Below are positions 40,030-54,124 of a stretch of 64,000 nucleotides of DNA, piece by piece. Within the stretch, counting starts at the first letter, position 1, and every line of letters starts with the position of its first letter. Source of the stretch: Octopus vulgaris. Its lineage: Eukaryota. The notes beneath the pieces were generated by a model. The model worked only from the letters and a program-made list of their open reading frames with translations, searched no databases and was not told the DNA's origin. The translations under genes were made by a program, and so were the position numbers. The DNA is taken from contig OX597821.1 in NCBI GenBank assembly GCA_951406725.2, positions 70,246,001 through 70,310,000 of the forward strand, written 5' to 3'.

Positions 40030-40426
40030 AATGAGGGTTATGGGAGTAAATGAGAGAGAGGAAAATGAAGGAGGAGTTGGAAGAAAGTGAGAGAGTGTAG
40101 AAAGAAAAATGAAAGAAAAGAACGAAGAAAGAAGAATGTGTAAAGAGGAAGGAAAAAATGGATGGGAGACGTTACAAAAACGGGGTGAAAAGAGATAAAG
40201 AGGAAGATACATATATATTGTTTGCTCGAGCCCTAATTCTCCGCAAATTTTGCGGGTGCCGCCGACATACGAAATTCCATCTTATCGTTAAAGACATGAA
40301 ACTGAGTATTAGTATTTTGGTCGATAACTGATGAGGAATTAGGGTCCTTCTGTGTCTGTGGTACGAGTACGTCTTGTAGTATTCAATGCATTTTTCATAT
40401 ATATGTATAAATATACAGAGAGAGAG

Positions 40427-40463
<37 letters not shown>

Positions 40464-40486
40464 TACATACATACATACAGATAGAC

Positions 40487-40573
<87 letters not shown>

Positions 40574-40667
40574 GAAAGAGAAAGGAGTGGGAGGAAGAAT
40601 ACAAAAATATAGAAAAATGTAGAAGTTCTTGAGCGGAAGTAATAGGAAGGTAAAATAGAGAAATAAG

Positions 40668-40711
<44 letters not shown>

Positions 40712-40819
40712 GAGAAAGTGGTAGGAGTTGGAAAAGGAGAGAGTAAGGAAACAAAAGAGAAATAAATAGGACGCAGAAATGAGACTGAAAAAGACACTAA
40801 AACACTGTGAAAGGCACTA

Positions 40820-40892
<73 letters not shown>

Positions 40893-41382
40893 GTGCTAAT
40901 ACGATAAATGTTTTACGACAGATCAGGTTCGGCGAATAAACCTCCAATTCAATGGTTATCATTTTAACCAATAGAAAATATGGCTCCCGTGAGAGTTTGC
41001 GATTAAACAACATTAAGTGTGAAAAACAGACGATAATAATAGAAGGAGGAGGAGGAGGATTAAGTAAGAGTGGGAGGGAGGCTGAGAAAAGAAAACATGA
41101 AAAGTGGTGAATGTGAAAGTGTGATGTGTAATGAAACCAGAGGAGGGGGATAGAGTGAGCGGGGTGGGGGAGACTAAGAAGAAGCTGTGAGGGGGAGTTA
41201 GAGAGGAAAACGTCAGAGTGTGAATAAGAGAGAGAGAGAGGGGGAGAGAGGAGGAGGAGGAATGAATGAGGTGGGATGGGAGAATTTAATATGAGATGTT
41301 TTGTAATGGTAGCTGTCAGCCATTATGTTAGTAAATGATGTCGTCTATGTGAGTATAATATGGGAGTGTGTGTATGGGTGTA

Positions 41383-41429
<47 letters not shown>

Positions 41430-41691
41430 ATGGGTGTGTGTGAATGTGTTTATTCCTTGATAGAAGAAGGAAGATGTAAAATTGTATTGCGAAGGCGAGG
41501 CAAGACACGTGACCAGCGTGGCTCGCTCGAGAAACGTTTGTCATCGATGGCCAAAAGATCAGTCAACAGTCAGAGACGTCGAGGAAACAGGTTCACTGTA
41601 CTTCTTAGACACACACACACACACATATATATATACATGATTATATATATACGTGTGCGTGTGTGTGTGTGCGTATCTATCTATCTATCTA

Positions 41692-41887
<196 letters not shown>

Positions 41888-42072
41888 GCGATATATATAT
41901 ATGTATATATATACTTACATATAGGTATATGCATGTATATATATATATATATATATATATAACATACAGGTATGTATATATATATATATATGCATATATA
42001 TATACATACATATAGGTATATGCATGTATATATATATATCTATATATATATATATACATTCATATAGGTATG

Positions 42073-42124
<52 letters not shown>

Positions 42125-42964
42125 CATATACATATATCTACACATACATATACAGCCAATCATTTATGGACACACACACAAAGTCACGCCTATATGTATA
42201 CATATGTATATACGCCTGTGTATACATACATATATATATATATATGTGTGTGTGTGCGCGTGTGTGTGTGTGTATGATGCACGCATATATGAATACAAGT
42301 ACGTAAGTGTGTGTGAGTGTGCGTCGCATGCTTTTATGAAATGTGAATGCACGCTACATGGTTACAGAGACGTTTGCTTACATATTGAAATGCAGAAATA
42401 TCTTCATGTATTTCAGATACAATAAAAATACTCGATAGATTTACATGCAAAAACGTAAGCGGATAAAAGCGTACATTCACATACAAATTCATATATCACA
42501 TTTCTGTAGACACATTTATATGCACACATCCGATTCCTTCAGTTCAGTGAGAAACATATATCTATGAATGTTTCTATGTGTGTATATATGTGTGTGTGTG
42601 TATGTGCGCGCATATATATATATATATATATATATTTATTTATTTTTATATATATATATATGTATATATTTATGCATATGTATATATTTAAGCATATACA
42701 TATGTATAATGTATATATATATATACAGATATGAATAAACATGTTTACATATGCTTAAGCACACATATATACATTTATATAGATGCATATATCTTCATAC
42801 ATGAATATATATTAGCAGCAATATACACATAAAGTGCGATGGTATTCATGAATGAATAAATACTTATACATACATGAATATATGAAATCTATATTTATCT
42901 ATACATACTATCACATAGGGCTGCAAAGAAACAAACCCGCACGGACAAACGTGTGTATATATAT

Positions 42965-43180
42965 ACTCTTTTACTCTTTTACTTGTTTCAGTCATTTGAC
43001 TGCGGCCATGCTGGAGCACCGCCTTTAGTCGAGGAAATCGACCTCGGAACTTATTCTTTGTAAGCCCAGTACTTATTCTATCGGTCTCTTTTACCGAACC
43101 GTTAAGTGACGGGGATGTAAACACACCAGCATCGGTTGTCACACAATGCTAGGGGGACAAACATAGACACACAAACATAT

Positions 43181-43241
<61 letters not shown>

Positions 43242-43390
43242 TACGACAGGCTTCTTTCAGTTTCCGCCTACCACTCACAAGGCATTGGTCGGCCCGGGGC
43301 TATAGCAGAAGACACTTGCCCAAGGTGCCACGCAGTCGGACTGAACCCGGAACCATGTGGTTGGTAAGCAAGCTACTTACCCTACAGCCA
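42965..43390 (-). mobile_element. SINE family B, near full length
   Basis: Reverse complement of 9999-10400 with internal (TA)n. Confidence 0.9.
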
Positions 43391-43392
43391 TA

Positions 43393-43479
<87 letters not shown>

Positions 43480-43509
43480 GAAAGAAAATGTTTAGTAAGT
43501 GTTATATTT

Positions 43510-44106
43510 TTTTCTACTCTAGGCACAAGGCCCGAAATTTTGTGGAAGGGGGCCAGTCGATTAGATTGACCACAGTGCGCAACTCGGTACTTAATTTATT
43601 GACTCCGAAAGGAAAATTGGAATTTTAACTTAGAACGTAAAGACAGACGAAATACCGCAAAGCATTTCGCCCGGCGTGCTAACGTTTTTTATTTCTTTAT
43701 TGCCCAAAAGGGGCTAAACATTGAGGGGACAAACAAGGACAGAAAAAGGGATGAAGTCGATTACATCAACCCCAGTGTGTAACTTGGTACTTAAATTATC
43801 GACCCCGAAAAGATGAAAGGCAAAGTCGATCTCGGCGGAATTTGAACTCAGAACGTAACGGCAGACGAAATACCTGTTTCTTTACTACCCACAAGGGGCT
43901 AAACACAGAGAGGACAAACAAAGATAGACAAACGGATTAAGTCGATTATATCGACCCCAGTGCGTAACTGGTACTTATTTAATCGACCCCGAAAGGATGA
44001 AAGGCAAAGTCGACCTCAGCAGAAATTGAACTCAGAACGTAACGGCAGACGAAATACCGCTAAGCATTTCGCCCGGCATGCTAACGATTCTGCCAGCCCG
44101 TTGCGT
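43510..44106 (-). mobile_element. SINE family A tandem array (three units)
   Basis: Repeated SINE bodies with junctions at ~43686 and ~43873. Confidence 0.88.
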
Positions 44107-44408
44107 TAAAGAGCCATATATATATATATATATTATCTAGTAACAGATTAGTTTGGCTCCAATCAATATAAAGTTTCGTAGGCTCGTGAAACGAACGTAA
44201 TTCGTCAAGTAATTTGGAAATTATAGAAAACATGCCTTTCGCGGGTTTTGTAATTGTGCCATTTCCAATTTTAGTTGTTCTTTTGTTTACATAAAAGATA
44301 TGTGCAATGGTATGAATTTCTCATTATGTGTATGTGTGTGTGTGCGTCTGTGTGTATGTATAATGTGTTTGTCTCTCTCTCTATATATATATATAAATAC
44401 ATACATAC

Positions 44409-44468
<60 letters not shown>

Positions 44469-44793
44469 GTATGAATGTATTGCTGTATTTCGGGATGGTC
44501 ATTTGTTTTTCTTTTCCGCCATATAAACATACGCACTATATATTCGTTCTCCACTCGTTTATTGCTGTTCTTATTCTAACTTATGTCCATTGTCTGGAAA
44601 TCTTTTGTCACACATCTGTGACCTCCTCAGAGGCACTTTCCGTCTTCGTGTGTGCTCTTGTTCCGCTTATCCTATTCCATTTGGTAAAAAAAAATGACCC
44701 TCCCGAAATACAATATCTGTTTCAACACACAACTTCAAATCAGGAATCTTGCAACACAAATTCGTAAACGTATATATATATATATATATACAC

Positions 44794-44873
<80 letters not shown>

Positions 44874-44899
44874 ATATATATATACATATATACATACAC

Positions 44900-44966
<67 letters not shown>

Positions 44967-46949
44967 TGTTTCTTTTATGTCATACATAAGAACAATTTAA
45001 CATTAAAATGAAGAATGACAATACATTCAAGTAGAATAGATGCATATATTTTTGTAGGGAAACGGATGATAGTGACTTCGGAGTTTCGGCCAGGTAGATT
45101 TCGTCATACTGTACTCACACATACATACACACACGTGTGAGAGTGAGTAACGTCTAGTCCTTGATAACATATTAGTCTTAGAGAAGGAAAAATGTTGAAT
45201 TGTTCTTCTATTCGGAGTATCTGTCATCGATGTTCAGAGATTCAGAAAGTGGAATCGGTTATGAACAAGGCCTCTCCTCGCATTAAAACACACGGTGCAC
45301 AGGTGGCGCCTCACATATCAGCTTCTTCATCTTATACTCAAGAACAACGAAGCAGTCATACGTTTATTAGTCTATCTAGCTATCTGTCTCTCTCTCTCTC
45401 TTCCACCCTCCCACCTCTCTCTCTCTCTCTCTCAAGTCGGATCAGTGTGGCACAGTGTGTTACAGAACTGTGCCTTTTAAATTGGAATACAATCCATCCG
45501 ACGTGCCTCAGTACAGTTTTCCTGTATACAATCTCTCTCTTCCAACGTATGGGGCAAAAATGAAATTCACTGAAGCTACCTAGCAGTGCTCTTAAACCAG
45601 GAATCTTGTAGTTGCGCATATATGTATGTATATATGTATGCATGTATGTACGTACGTACATACATATATGTGCGTGTGTGTGTATACAGAGAGTGTGGTG
45701 GAAGAGAGAGAGAGAGAGAGAGAGAGATATGTATGTATTTGCATGTTTGCGTGTGTACGCATTTATTTGTGTATGTGTGAGAATAATATCTCAGAGGCAC
45801 GCATGCACCTTCTCACCACATTTCTCGTAAATATACCCATGCACACCATATGTACACCACAACAAACACGTGTATCGACATATGCAGGAGTTGAACCAAA
45901 AGGACAGCTCATGGATTCATAGCGGCCCAATCAAAGACATATGAATATAATGAAAGAATTAACTCCTCAACGAAACACATGTGCTCTCCTTCATACTGTC
46001 AATCTGTCTGTCTGTCTATCTTTCTATCTATCCAAACTAAGTCAATCAATCAATTTATATATCTATATATCTATATCTATCTTTCCATCAATGTATCCAT
46101 CTATCCATTTATCTTCTCAAACCCACTCACCTGAAGACGTGCAGGTACACATCTTGTGCTACATCATACTAATGCAATAAAGTGCATAATTCATGAAACA
46201 GTCGGTAATTACCGACTGATACTAATACATAGAAATAATTGTAGTGATTGAGTTAAAAAGTCTGTTCATTGCATCTTCATTTATATATAGTTATAAGTAT
46301 ATTTTTTATATGTGGGTGTGTATTTCACTTTTCCTTAATCTCGCATGCTTCCCCCTCTCCTTCACTTGTGCCACCCATATCCATTTATGACTGTGTGTAT
46401 ACATGTTTGTTTGTGCTTTTTTTGTTTGACATTTGTTTAAGTTCTTCTTAAGAAACTGAAATCTGATCGCTAACAAAGTGACAAGGCTTCGTTGTTTGAA
46501 CGCATGACAATTCCGCAAAATTACATTTACGAGTGGATACATATATGTGGCTATAAATGCGGATATACTTGCACTCACGTAATGAATGCACCGATCACTT
46601 TCGTGCATAAACACTGATAAGATTGTACAACAATTCAGAAGTATTTGGAGGATGCGAGTGTGTTTATTATATTTTATTTTTTATTGAAAATTCCAATAGT
46701 TCCCGGTTTTTATCAAGTCTTTTGGCCAGTGTTTTTATGATGAAGCTACAACTGATAAACCACACTGAACACTAGAGCTGTCAGTTCCACATAAGTTCAT
46801 GGTAGATGTTCTCTCTTTTCGCAATTTAAGACGAGGCAATCACATCCACCCCTGGCAGCTGACTGCAACACCAATGCATGATTTTATTCGCAGTCCCAGG
46901 GAAGAAAATCGATTCTGATATGGGATTTACACGCACACACGCACACACG

Positions 46950-49710
46950 CAAGCAACTTGCAAAAATTCCACGATGCTATAGAAAGTATCAATCTTGATC
47001 CAAACAATTTATAGGAAGATTTCAAAACAAAAGTATTTCAGGCTGCAAGTTCACAAGTGGGATCTAAATCACTTATGTCCAGTGACTGGTTCTCAGATAG
47101 AGCAGCAGAAATTCTTGATCTTCTTTTAAAAAAACAAAACTTAGGCAATACACTTCTTTCTCAGTCCTTGAACCCCAACTCAAATGAAGCTTACAGAAAG
47201 CTGAAAGAGAAAGTGCAGACTGCTCTAAAGAATGGTGGAATGATAGAGCAAAAGGGACAGAAGAAGCAGATGATAGAAATGACGGGTTTGTGCTTTTATG
47301 GTAAGGAGGTATATGGCCCAAAATCTTCCTCAGTAGCTCCAGTGAGAACAGCAAATGGACGTTTTCTTCTGACTGACACCGCTTCTATTCATAAGCACAG
47401 GGGAGAACATTTTCCTGCACTTTTGAATAGACAATCATCCGCTGACATAAGAATGATAGAAAAAATTTAACGCCTCCCAGTTATAAAAGAGATGGCATTT
47501 GAACCAATTCTAAATGACATTTATTTAGCTGTGAATAAACTGAATAACAATAAGTCTCGAGGGTCTGATGGAATCTGTGCAGAGGTCTTGAAATATGGGG
47601 CTGACAAAATGCTTGAACTCTTAAATATATTAATTTGTCACTGTTGGAGAACTGAGAAAGTGCCTCAAGACTGGACTGATGCTATTTCAGTTTCCTTGTA
47701 TAAATCGGGGCCAAAAGATCTGTGTGGTAATTTTCGTGGGGTTTAGCTTTTTTCTGCGGCTGGAAAAGTACTTACAGCATTCTGTTAGAACGTTTAAATA
47801 CCTTGATTTTTCCAAATATGGTGTCTGAGTCTCAGTGTGGTCTTCGCTCCTTCCAGGGGCACAGCTGATTGTATCTTTACTATCAGACACTTGCAAGAAA
47901 AATGTATTGAGCAGAATCTTGCCCTATACAATTGCTGTGTTGATACAAACAAGGTATTCGATACCGTTAATCGAAATGCTCTGTGGCTAATTCTAACGAA
48001 AATAGGTTGCCCAGAAAAATTTGTAAACATGATCAGGGCTTTGCATCAAAATATGAAAGCTAGAGTTAATTTTGGAGGTAGGCTCTCTGAATCTTTTGCC
48101 GTGGAAAATAGAGTAAAGCAAGGAGACCTTGATGCACCCACCCTCTTTGCAATATAAATTGTTGTTTGTGTTGTCACATGCTTTTCAAAACTTTGAGGAA
48201 GATATTTAAATAAAATATCGAACAACAGGGAAGGTTTTTAATCTGATCAGACTGAAATTCAAAACGAAAGTTTTTACTTCACTCATTTGGGAACTCTTAT
48301 ATGCTGACGATTGCGATTTAGTCAGTCATTCTAAACCAGGTTTGTAATCTCTTGTATCTGCATTTGGCTCAGCTTGTGATGATTTTGTCTTGACCATCAA
48401 CTGGAAAAAGCAGTTGTAATGCGTGTGGTACTGTTTGCAATCCTACTAAAATTTATGCTAAAGGTAAACTACTTGAGGTTGTTGATTCTTTCATCTACTA
48501 CGGAAGCTCTGTTCAAAATTATGGAAATTTGAACGAAGAAATATATCTACGAATTCAAAGTGCAACACAAGCATTTGGTGGCTTGGAGTCACGCGTTTGG
48601 CGCCGACGACTTATAAATAACAACACAAAATTGGTTCTTTACAAATCACTTGTCTTACCATTCCTGTTGTATTCTTCTGAAACATGAACTTGTTATGAAA
48701 GACGTTTCAAATTGTTAGACCAATTCCACCAAAAATGCCTTCATCGCATTTTAAACATTAAATGGAGTTCTTTTACTCCAAACACAGATGTTCTTGCGTC
48801 TGCAGGCATCACCTCAATTAAAGCAATAATTTTGAAAAACCAAAGGAGATGGTGTGAACTCTTATATGCTGACGATTGCGATTTAGTCAGTCATTCTAAA
48901 CCAGGTTTGTAATCTCTTGTATCTGCATTTGGCTCAGCTTGTGATGATTTTGTCTTGACCATCAACTGGAAAAAGCAGTTGTAATGCGTGTGGTACTGTT
49001 TGCAATCCTACTAAAATTTATGCTAAAGGTAAACTACTTGAGGTTGTTGATTCTTTCATCTACTACGGGAAGCTCTGTTCAAAATTATGGAAATTTGAAC
49101 GAAGAAATATATCTACGAATTCAAAGTGCAACACAAGCATTTGGTGGCTTGGAGTCACGCGTTTGGCGCCGACGACTTAGAAATAACAACACAAAATTGG
49201 TTTTTACAAATCACTTGTCTTACCATTCCTGTTGTATTCTTCTGAAACATGAACTTGTTATGAAAGACGTTTCAAATTGTTAGACCAATTCCACCAAAAA
49301 TGCCTTCATCGCATTTTAAATATTATAATGGAGTTCTTTATACTCCAAACACAGATGTTCTTGCGTCTGCAGGCATCACCTCAATTAAAGCAATAATTTT
49401 GAAAACCAAAGGAGATGGTGTGACCATATTGGTCGAATGGCGGATGAACGCACACCCAAACTGTTGTTTTATGGTGAGCTTGCAAAGAGGAAAAACTATC
49501 GGTGTAAACCTAAAAAAAAGGGTTTAAGGGCGGCATAAGGACTACCATGAAGTCACTTGGAATGGATCTAGTGGACGTAGAAACCCTTGCTTTGGATCAG
49601 GCTGAATGGCGAACAAAAGTATGGAGTGAAAGCGTTTGAAGAGGCCAGGGTAAAGCATGCAAGACTCGGGAGAGATTTAAGCAAGAATGTTACGATCAAG
49701 AAGGTGAATA
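46950..49710 (+). mobile_element. RTE-clade (BovB-like) LINE, 5'-truncated and degenerate, with internal tandem duplication
   Basis: KEVYGPK, KSRGSDGICAEVLK, CGNFRGV, RGTADCIFTIRHLQEKCIEQN, FDTVNR, VKQGDLDAPTLF, LLYADD, FHQKCLHRILNIKW motifs. Confidence 0.92.
48291..49421 (+). repeat. ~565-bp tandem duplication inside the RTE RT region
   Basis: GAACTCTTATATGCTGACG starts at 48291 and again at 48856; copies nearly identical. Confidence 0.95.
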
Positions 49711-49734
49711 ACAATGACCTTTTTGCGTACGCAG

Positions 49735-49939
49735 TTTTGTGTGCACCTTTTCTATGAAAATCCCTATTTTTTACGATTTTTGACTGCTATGTCGCCATTT
49801 TTCGGTGTATTTCAACCACAAAAATGTTCACTTAAACAGCATAACAAGCTACCTAATGCAAAATTTTAACTTTTCAAAAATTCCAATTCTAAAGGGTCGA
49901 AAAGAAAACAAGCCCGAGCAATGCTGGGCTAAACTGCTA

Positions 49940-49940
<1 letters not shown>
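49735..49940 (+). mobile_element. Helitron-type 3' end
   Basis: Hairpin GCCCGAGCAATGCTGGGC followed by CTGCTAG|T, like the 3' end at 33291-33318; 5' end not found. Confidence 0.65.
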
Positions 49941-50000
<60 letters not shown>

Positions 50001-50001
50001 C

Positions 50002-50185
50002 TATTATTCTTAAAGCTGTAAAAACATCACAAAAACTGCTACTCAGAGTTTCATGTTCCCGTTCGTCGGACAGTTATGACTGAGATTCTTAATCTTAACT
50101 GTCCAACGACCGTGAACGTGAGTAAAACTCTGAGTAAGAGTTTTTTGTGATATTTTGTGATGCTTTTACAGCTTTAAGAATAATA
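50002..50185. repeat. head-to-head inverted duplication of a hammerhead-bearing terminus
   Basis: 50002-50076 is the imperfect reverse complement of 50097-50185; the element is flanked by (TA)n. Confidence 0.85.
50035..50074 (-). ncRNA. type I hammerhead-like motif, variant core CCGACGA
   Basis: Minus strand: ACTGT-CCGACGA-ACG-GGAA-CAT-GAA-ACTC-T-GAGT-A-GCAGT. 5-bp stem I, GUA cleavage triplet, one stem II mismatch. Confidence 0.7.
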
Positions 50186-50309
50186 TAGCATATTACTCTA
50201 CCTCTGGTATTCGAGTACTATTTTTCTCACCTTGTTTCACTTTAATGCGCTTACTTTGGTGTATATACATATATATTCATACATACATATATATATATAT
50301 GTATATGTA

Positions 50310-50363
<54 letters not shown>

Positions 50364-50376
50364 ATATATACGCACG

Positions 50377-50413
<37 letters not shown>

Positions 50414-50530
50414 GCACACAAATATATATATATGTATATAAATAGATAGATGCATACATACACAAACTGAGAAGCAAGAAGATGCCAAGATAGATATAAC
50501 CACGTACAATGTACACGAACATTCACATAC

Positions 50531-50601
<71 letters not shown>

Positions 50602-50772
50602 GTGTGTGTGTGTATATATATATATATGCAAAATGTTCACGCTTTTACGATTTAATATATGCTTGATATAAGGATTTCTATAGCACAATATACAATGCAT
50701 GGGACAAATATTGTGAAAAGCATCAAAACGGAGAAACACACTATTGCTAACAACAACATTAATAATAATAAT

Positions 50773-50841
<69 letters not shown>

Positions 50842-51238
50842 CAAAGATAAGGACAAAAGTAGAACACGTAAAGTCGATGGGAAATAACAACAATAGCATG
50901 AAGAAGAATAGTACTAGTCGTTAGAGAAAACTAATGAAAAACAATATTGTTAATTAACTGGTTAATAACATTTTTATGTAAATCTACTTGAATGAAGACT
51001 GAAGTACAATGTACACATATTTATAAATGGCTATCATAGCATGATTCATCACAAGGATGCACTCCTTTAAGTGCCTTTCAGTAATGACCAAAGAGAATAA
51101 ACGCCGAATATAATGAAAAAGGAGGAGAGAAAATATATTTACAAAAAGAAGAAACAAAAGCGGTGAAAGCAAACAAAAAATATTCAACTGAAGGCAGGAA
51201 AACAGCTTCGTGGCAGCAGTATATAATATGTATATACA

Positions 51239-51307
<69 letters not shown>

Positions 51308-51336
51308 ATATATTTATATGTATGTATATATATAAT

Positions 51337-51386
<50 letters not shown>

Positions 51387-52065
51387 CATGCATGTTTGTA
51401 TGCATGCCTGTATACATGTATATGAAAGCACATACATATGCAGATATTTCTAAGTGTATGTTAATACACACTTTCATATACATAGATATGTATTCGGAGA
51501 ATATGTATATCTGGGGCTATTTACAGAATGGAATATGGTTTGATGGCCTGGGTAAGTGCTCTCCAGGGTCTCATTGCCCCTTTGGGTGTATCAAAGAAAT
51601 ATATTTGTCTTGCGATTTATCTTACAACTAGCTCCAATGAACATTTCTAAGACAGCTGGATGTTGAGTGAGCATATGTGGGTGTGTGTGTGCGAATGTGT
51701 GTTAGCGCGCGTGCGCATGCTTGAAAAGTGAGAGAGTTTCTCAACAAACTGCATGAAGCCAAGATCCACACCCTTCCGAGTTATGTTTGTTTTCCAAAAA
51801 ATTTCATTTATTTGTTTTTGTAGGAGTTATTTCCCTTGGTTGTTGTTTTTAGATTTTATACAACCCTAGGGAGGGAGAGTTTTTGTCCACTGACTGCATG
51901 AATAATCTCAGCTGAACGAAGTCTTCAATTTCCTCCATTACTTATATGAGTTGCTGTCATATGTTTGTTTAGAAAGTAGAATGCTTCCCTGAAGTAGTTT
52001 CCCTGAGCGTTATTGTTGATGTACAACGTTAGTGTCACAACACAGCCTCTATCTTACTACCCCAC

Positions 52066-52145
<80 letters not shown>

Positions 52146-52718
52146 GTGGGTAAGTAGATATATATTTATTTATATACATATATGCATATATATATATATA
52201 TATATATACATATATACATATATATATATATATATGGGGATACTTTTCATATTCACAATCAGTGACACAGCATTCTTTTTAATCACTCTCTCACACTTTC
52301 TTTCTTTCTCTGTCTCTGTCTCTGCCTCTGTCCCTTTTGCTTTCTCTCTTTCTCTCTCACTCTACACACACACACGCACAAACGAATAATAACAATGGAC
52401 AAATGCGGTTAAGTACAACACAAGTTTCTAAAACAGAAATATTCAAATTATAAGTGTAATTACATCATCATACCCATCTGTGTAGAATACACTTTTCATT
52501 ACTGAGTAGATGAGATAAAACCGAAACTTGTCCATTGATTCCGCCAATTAACTTTAAATACAAGTTGCGCTGCCCTCTGCATCGCTCTTAAGTTCCAAAT
52601 ATCTAGGTAGAAGGTTATCGCAGTAATCGTTCTTGTTATTTTTAGTTTTTAAACAAGATGGAGTCAGTTTTTCCCAACGAACCGGTAGAATAATTTCAGT
52701 CAGTCGGAGGTTTTTCAA

Positions 52719-52837
<119 letters not shown>

Positions 52838-53439
52838 GGTACTTTTACCCAGTCATGGGTTTGAATGCATAAAGAAGTTCTCTTGAGAAAGCTGTAGGTT
52901 AAATGTGCAGCAAAAGTATTAGGAGTTTTACATCTCTATATTTTGAGTTCGAAATCGCAAGACAACCTAGTTTCCTTTTCTGATCTCCTGAGAGACTCAA
53001 TAACATAAAGTATGTACAAATGATATGATGAGAGGAAACAAGCGATGAGAACAGGGTCCTAGTAAACGGAATATTCAATTTCATGAGTCGGTAAAATACA
53101 AGACATTCAACTGAGAGGTTCGCAGATCGAATCGTGTTTCCACCACAGAGTCTTGTCTGTACCTAATTCATTTGCATTTCAACAAATTAGGCGATTAAGT
53201 AGGAGTTTCATTGTCCGCATTCCGAACACTATCACCAATAACACCATAATCATCCGAACCACTTTCTTCATCAACAGCAGCTTTACGAACGATACTTCCA
53301 TATGGACACTCGATCTGACCTCTTCAACCCTGCATGACCTTTGTTCCCTGTCCTACAGAACAATACCAAGTCTGTGTGTACCAAATTGATGCTTTTATTG
53401 AGGTGTTTTTTCTTTCTAAAGGTGTAAATATCTGCTGGC

Positions 53440-54120
53440 TCTGACATTCCTTTCATGTATACCGCAGCACATTCCTTCCTGCAGACAACATTGTACCTCA
53501 GAGGCAGGTACTATCTTGTAGACATTTTGGGGCAGCTGTTGACGATGTGGGTGATCTCTTCCACACAGTTATATCCAACAATTTTTATCGCAACGTGGAA
53601 GTTTGGTGGTATCTTTGTCCCCCTTGTTTATCAGGTATTTAGTAGCTATCTCCTGTTCCTGAACAGCGAATGTAAATCTTTCTAGGTGTAATGTAATGTA
53701 TCTATTACAGATCGAGGAGAGGTTACTCTTCCTGTCAATGCTGTTGTTGTCCTCTAGCTTACGGGATATGTACCTATGCATTGTTTTTTGCTGGTATGAT
53801 TCCCGCTTCTCCTCCAAGCTTCTGTTTAGGTAGGCCAGTCCAGCTTCCTTTGGGTCATATGAGAGAGTTATACTCTCAGAATACCTGTACAGTATTTCTT
53901 CTTCAATACTGAAGATGTTCTCAGCTTTGGTTTTGCATGGAATATACTAATTTCTTTCTTTACTGTTCAGTAGGTGTTGTCTGAGCGAAATTCAAAGGCT
54001 GTTGGGACTGACCTTATGATGGTTCACTTCGTCTAACATAAATCCTATCGATGCCGCTGTTGATGTGACAGTTGCCAGTGGTAGTCACTATCTTTCTGGT
54101 TTTTATATCCAGGTTGTGAA
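53440..54120 (-). mobile_element. R4/Dong-like LINE remnant (post-RT to CCHC knuckle)
   Basis: LDIKTRKIV..HINSGIDRIYV, FAVQEQEIATKY, C..C...EEITHIVNSCPKM motifs. Confidence 0.75.
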
Positions 54121-54124
54121 GAAG

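Noticed and set aside
40230-40350. GAAACTGAGTA...CTGATGAG with CCCTAATTC/GAATTAGGG inverted repeat (type II hammerhead?)
   Set aside because: Stem II cannot pair adjacent to GAAA, and stem I is only 3 bp.
52500-52540. AGATGAG..CCGAAACTTGTC hammerhead-like spacing
   Set aside because: The core, stem I and stem II all fail.
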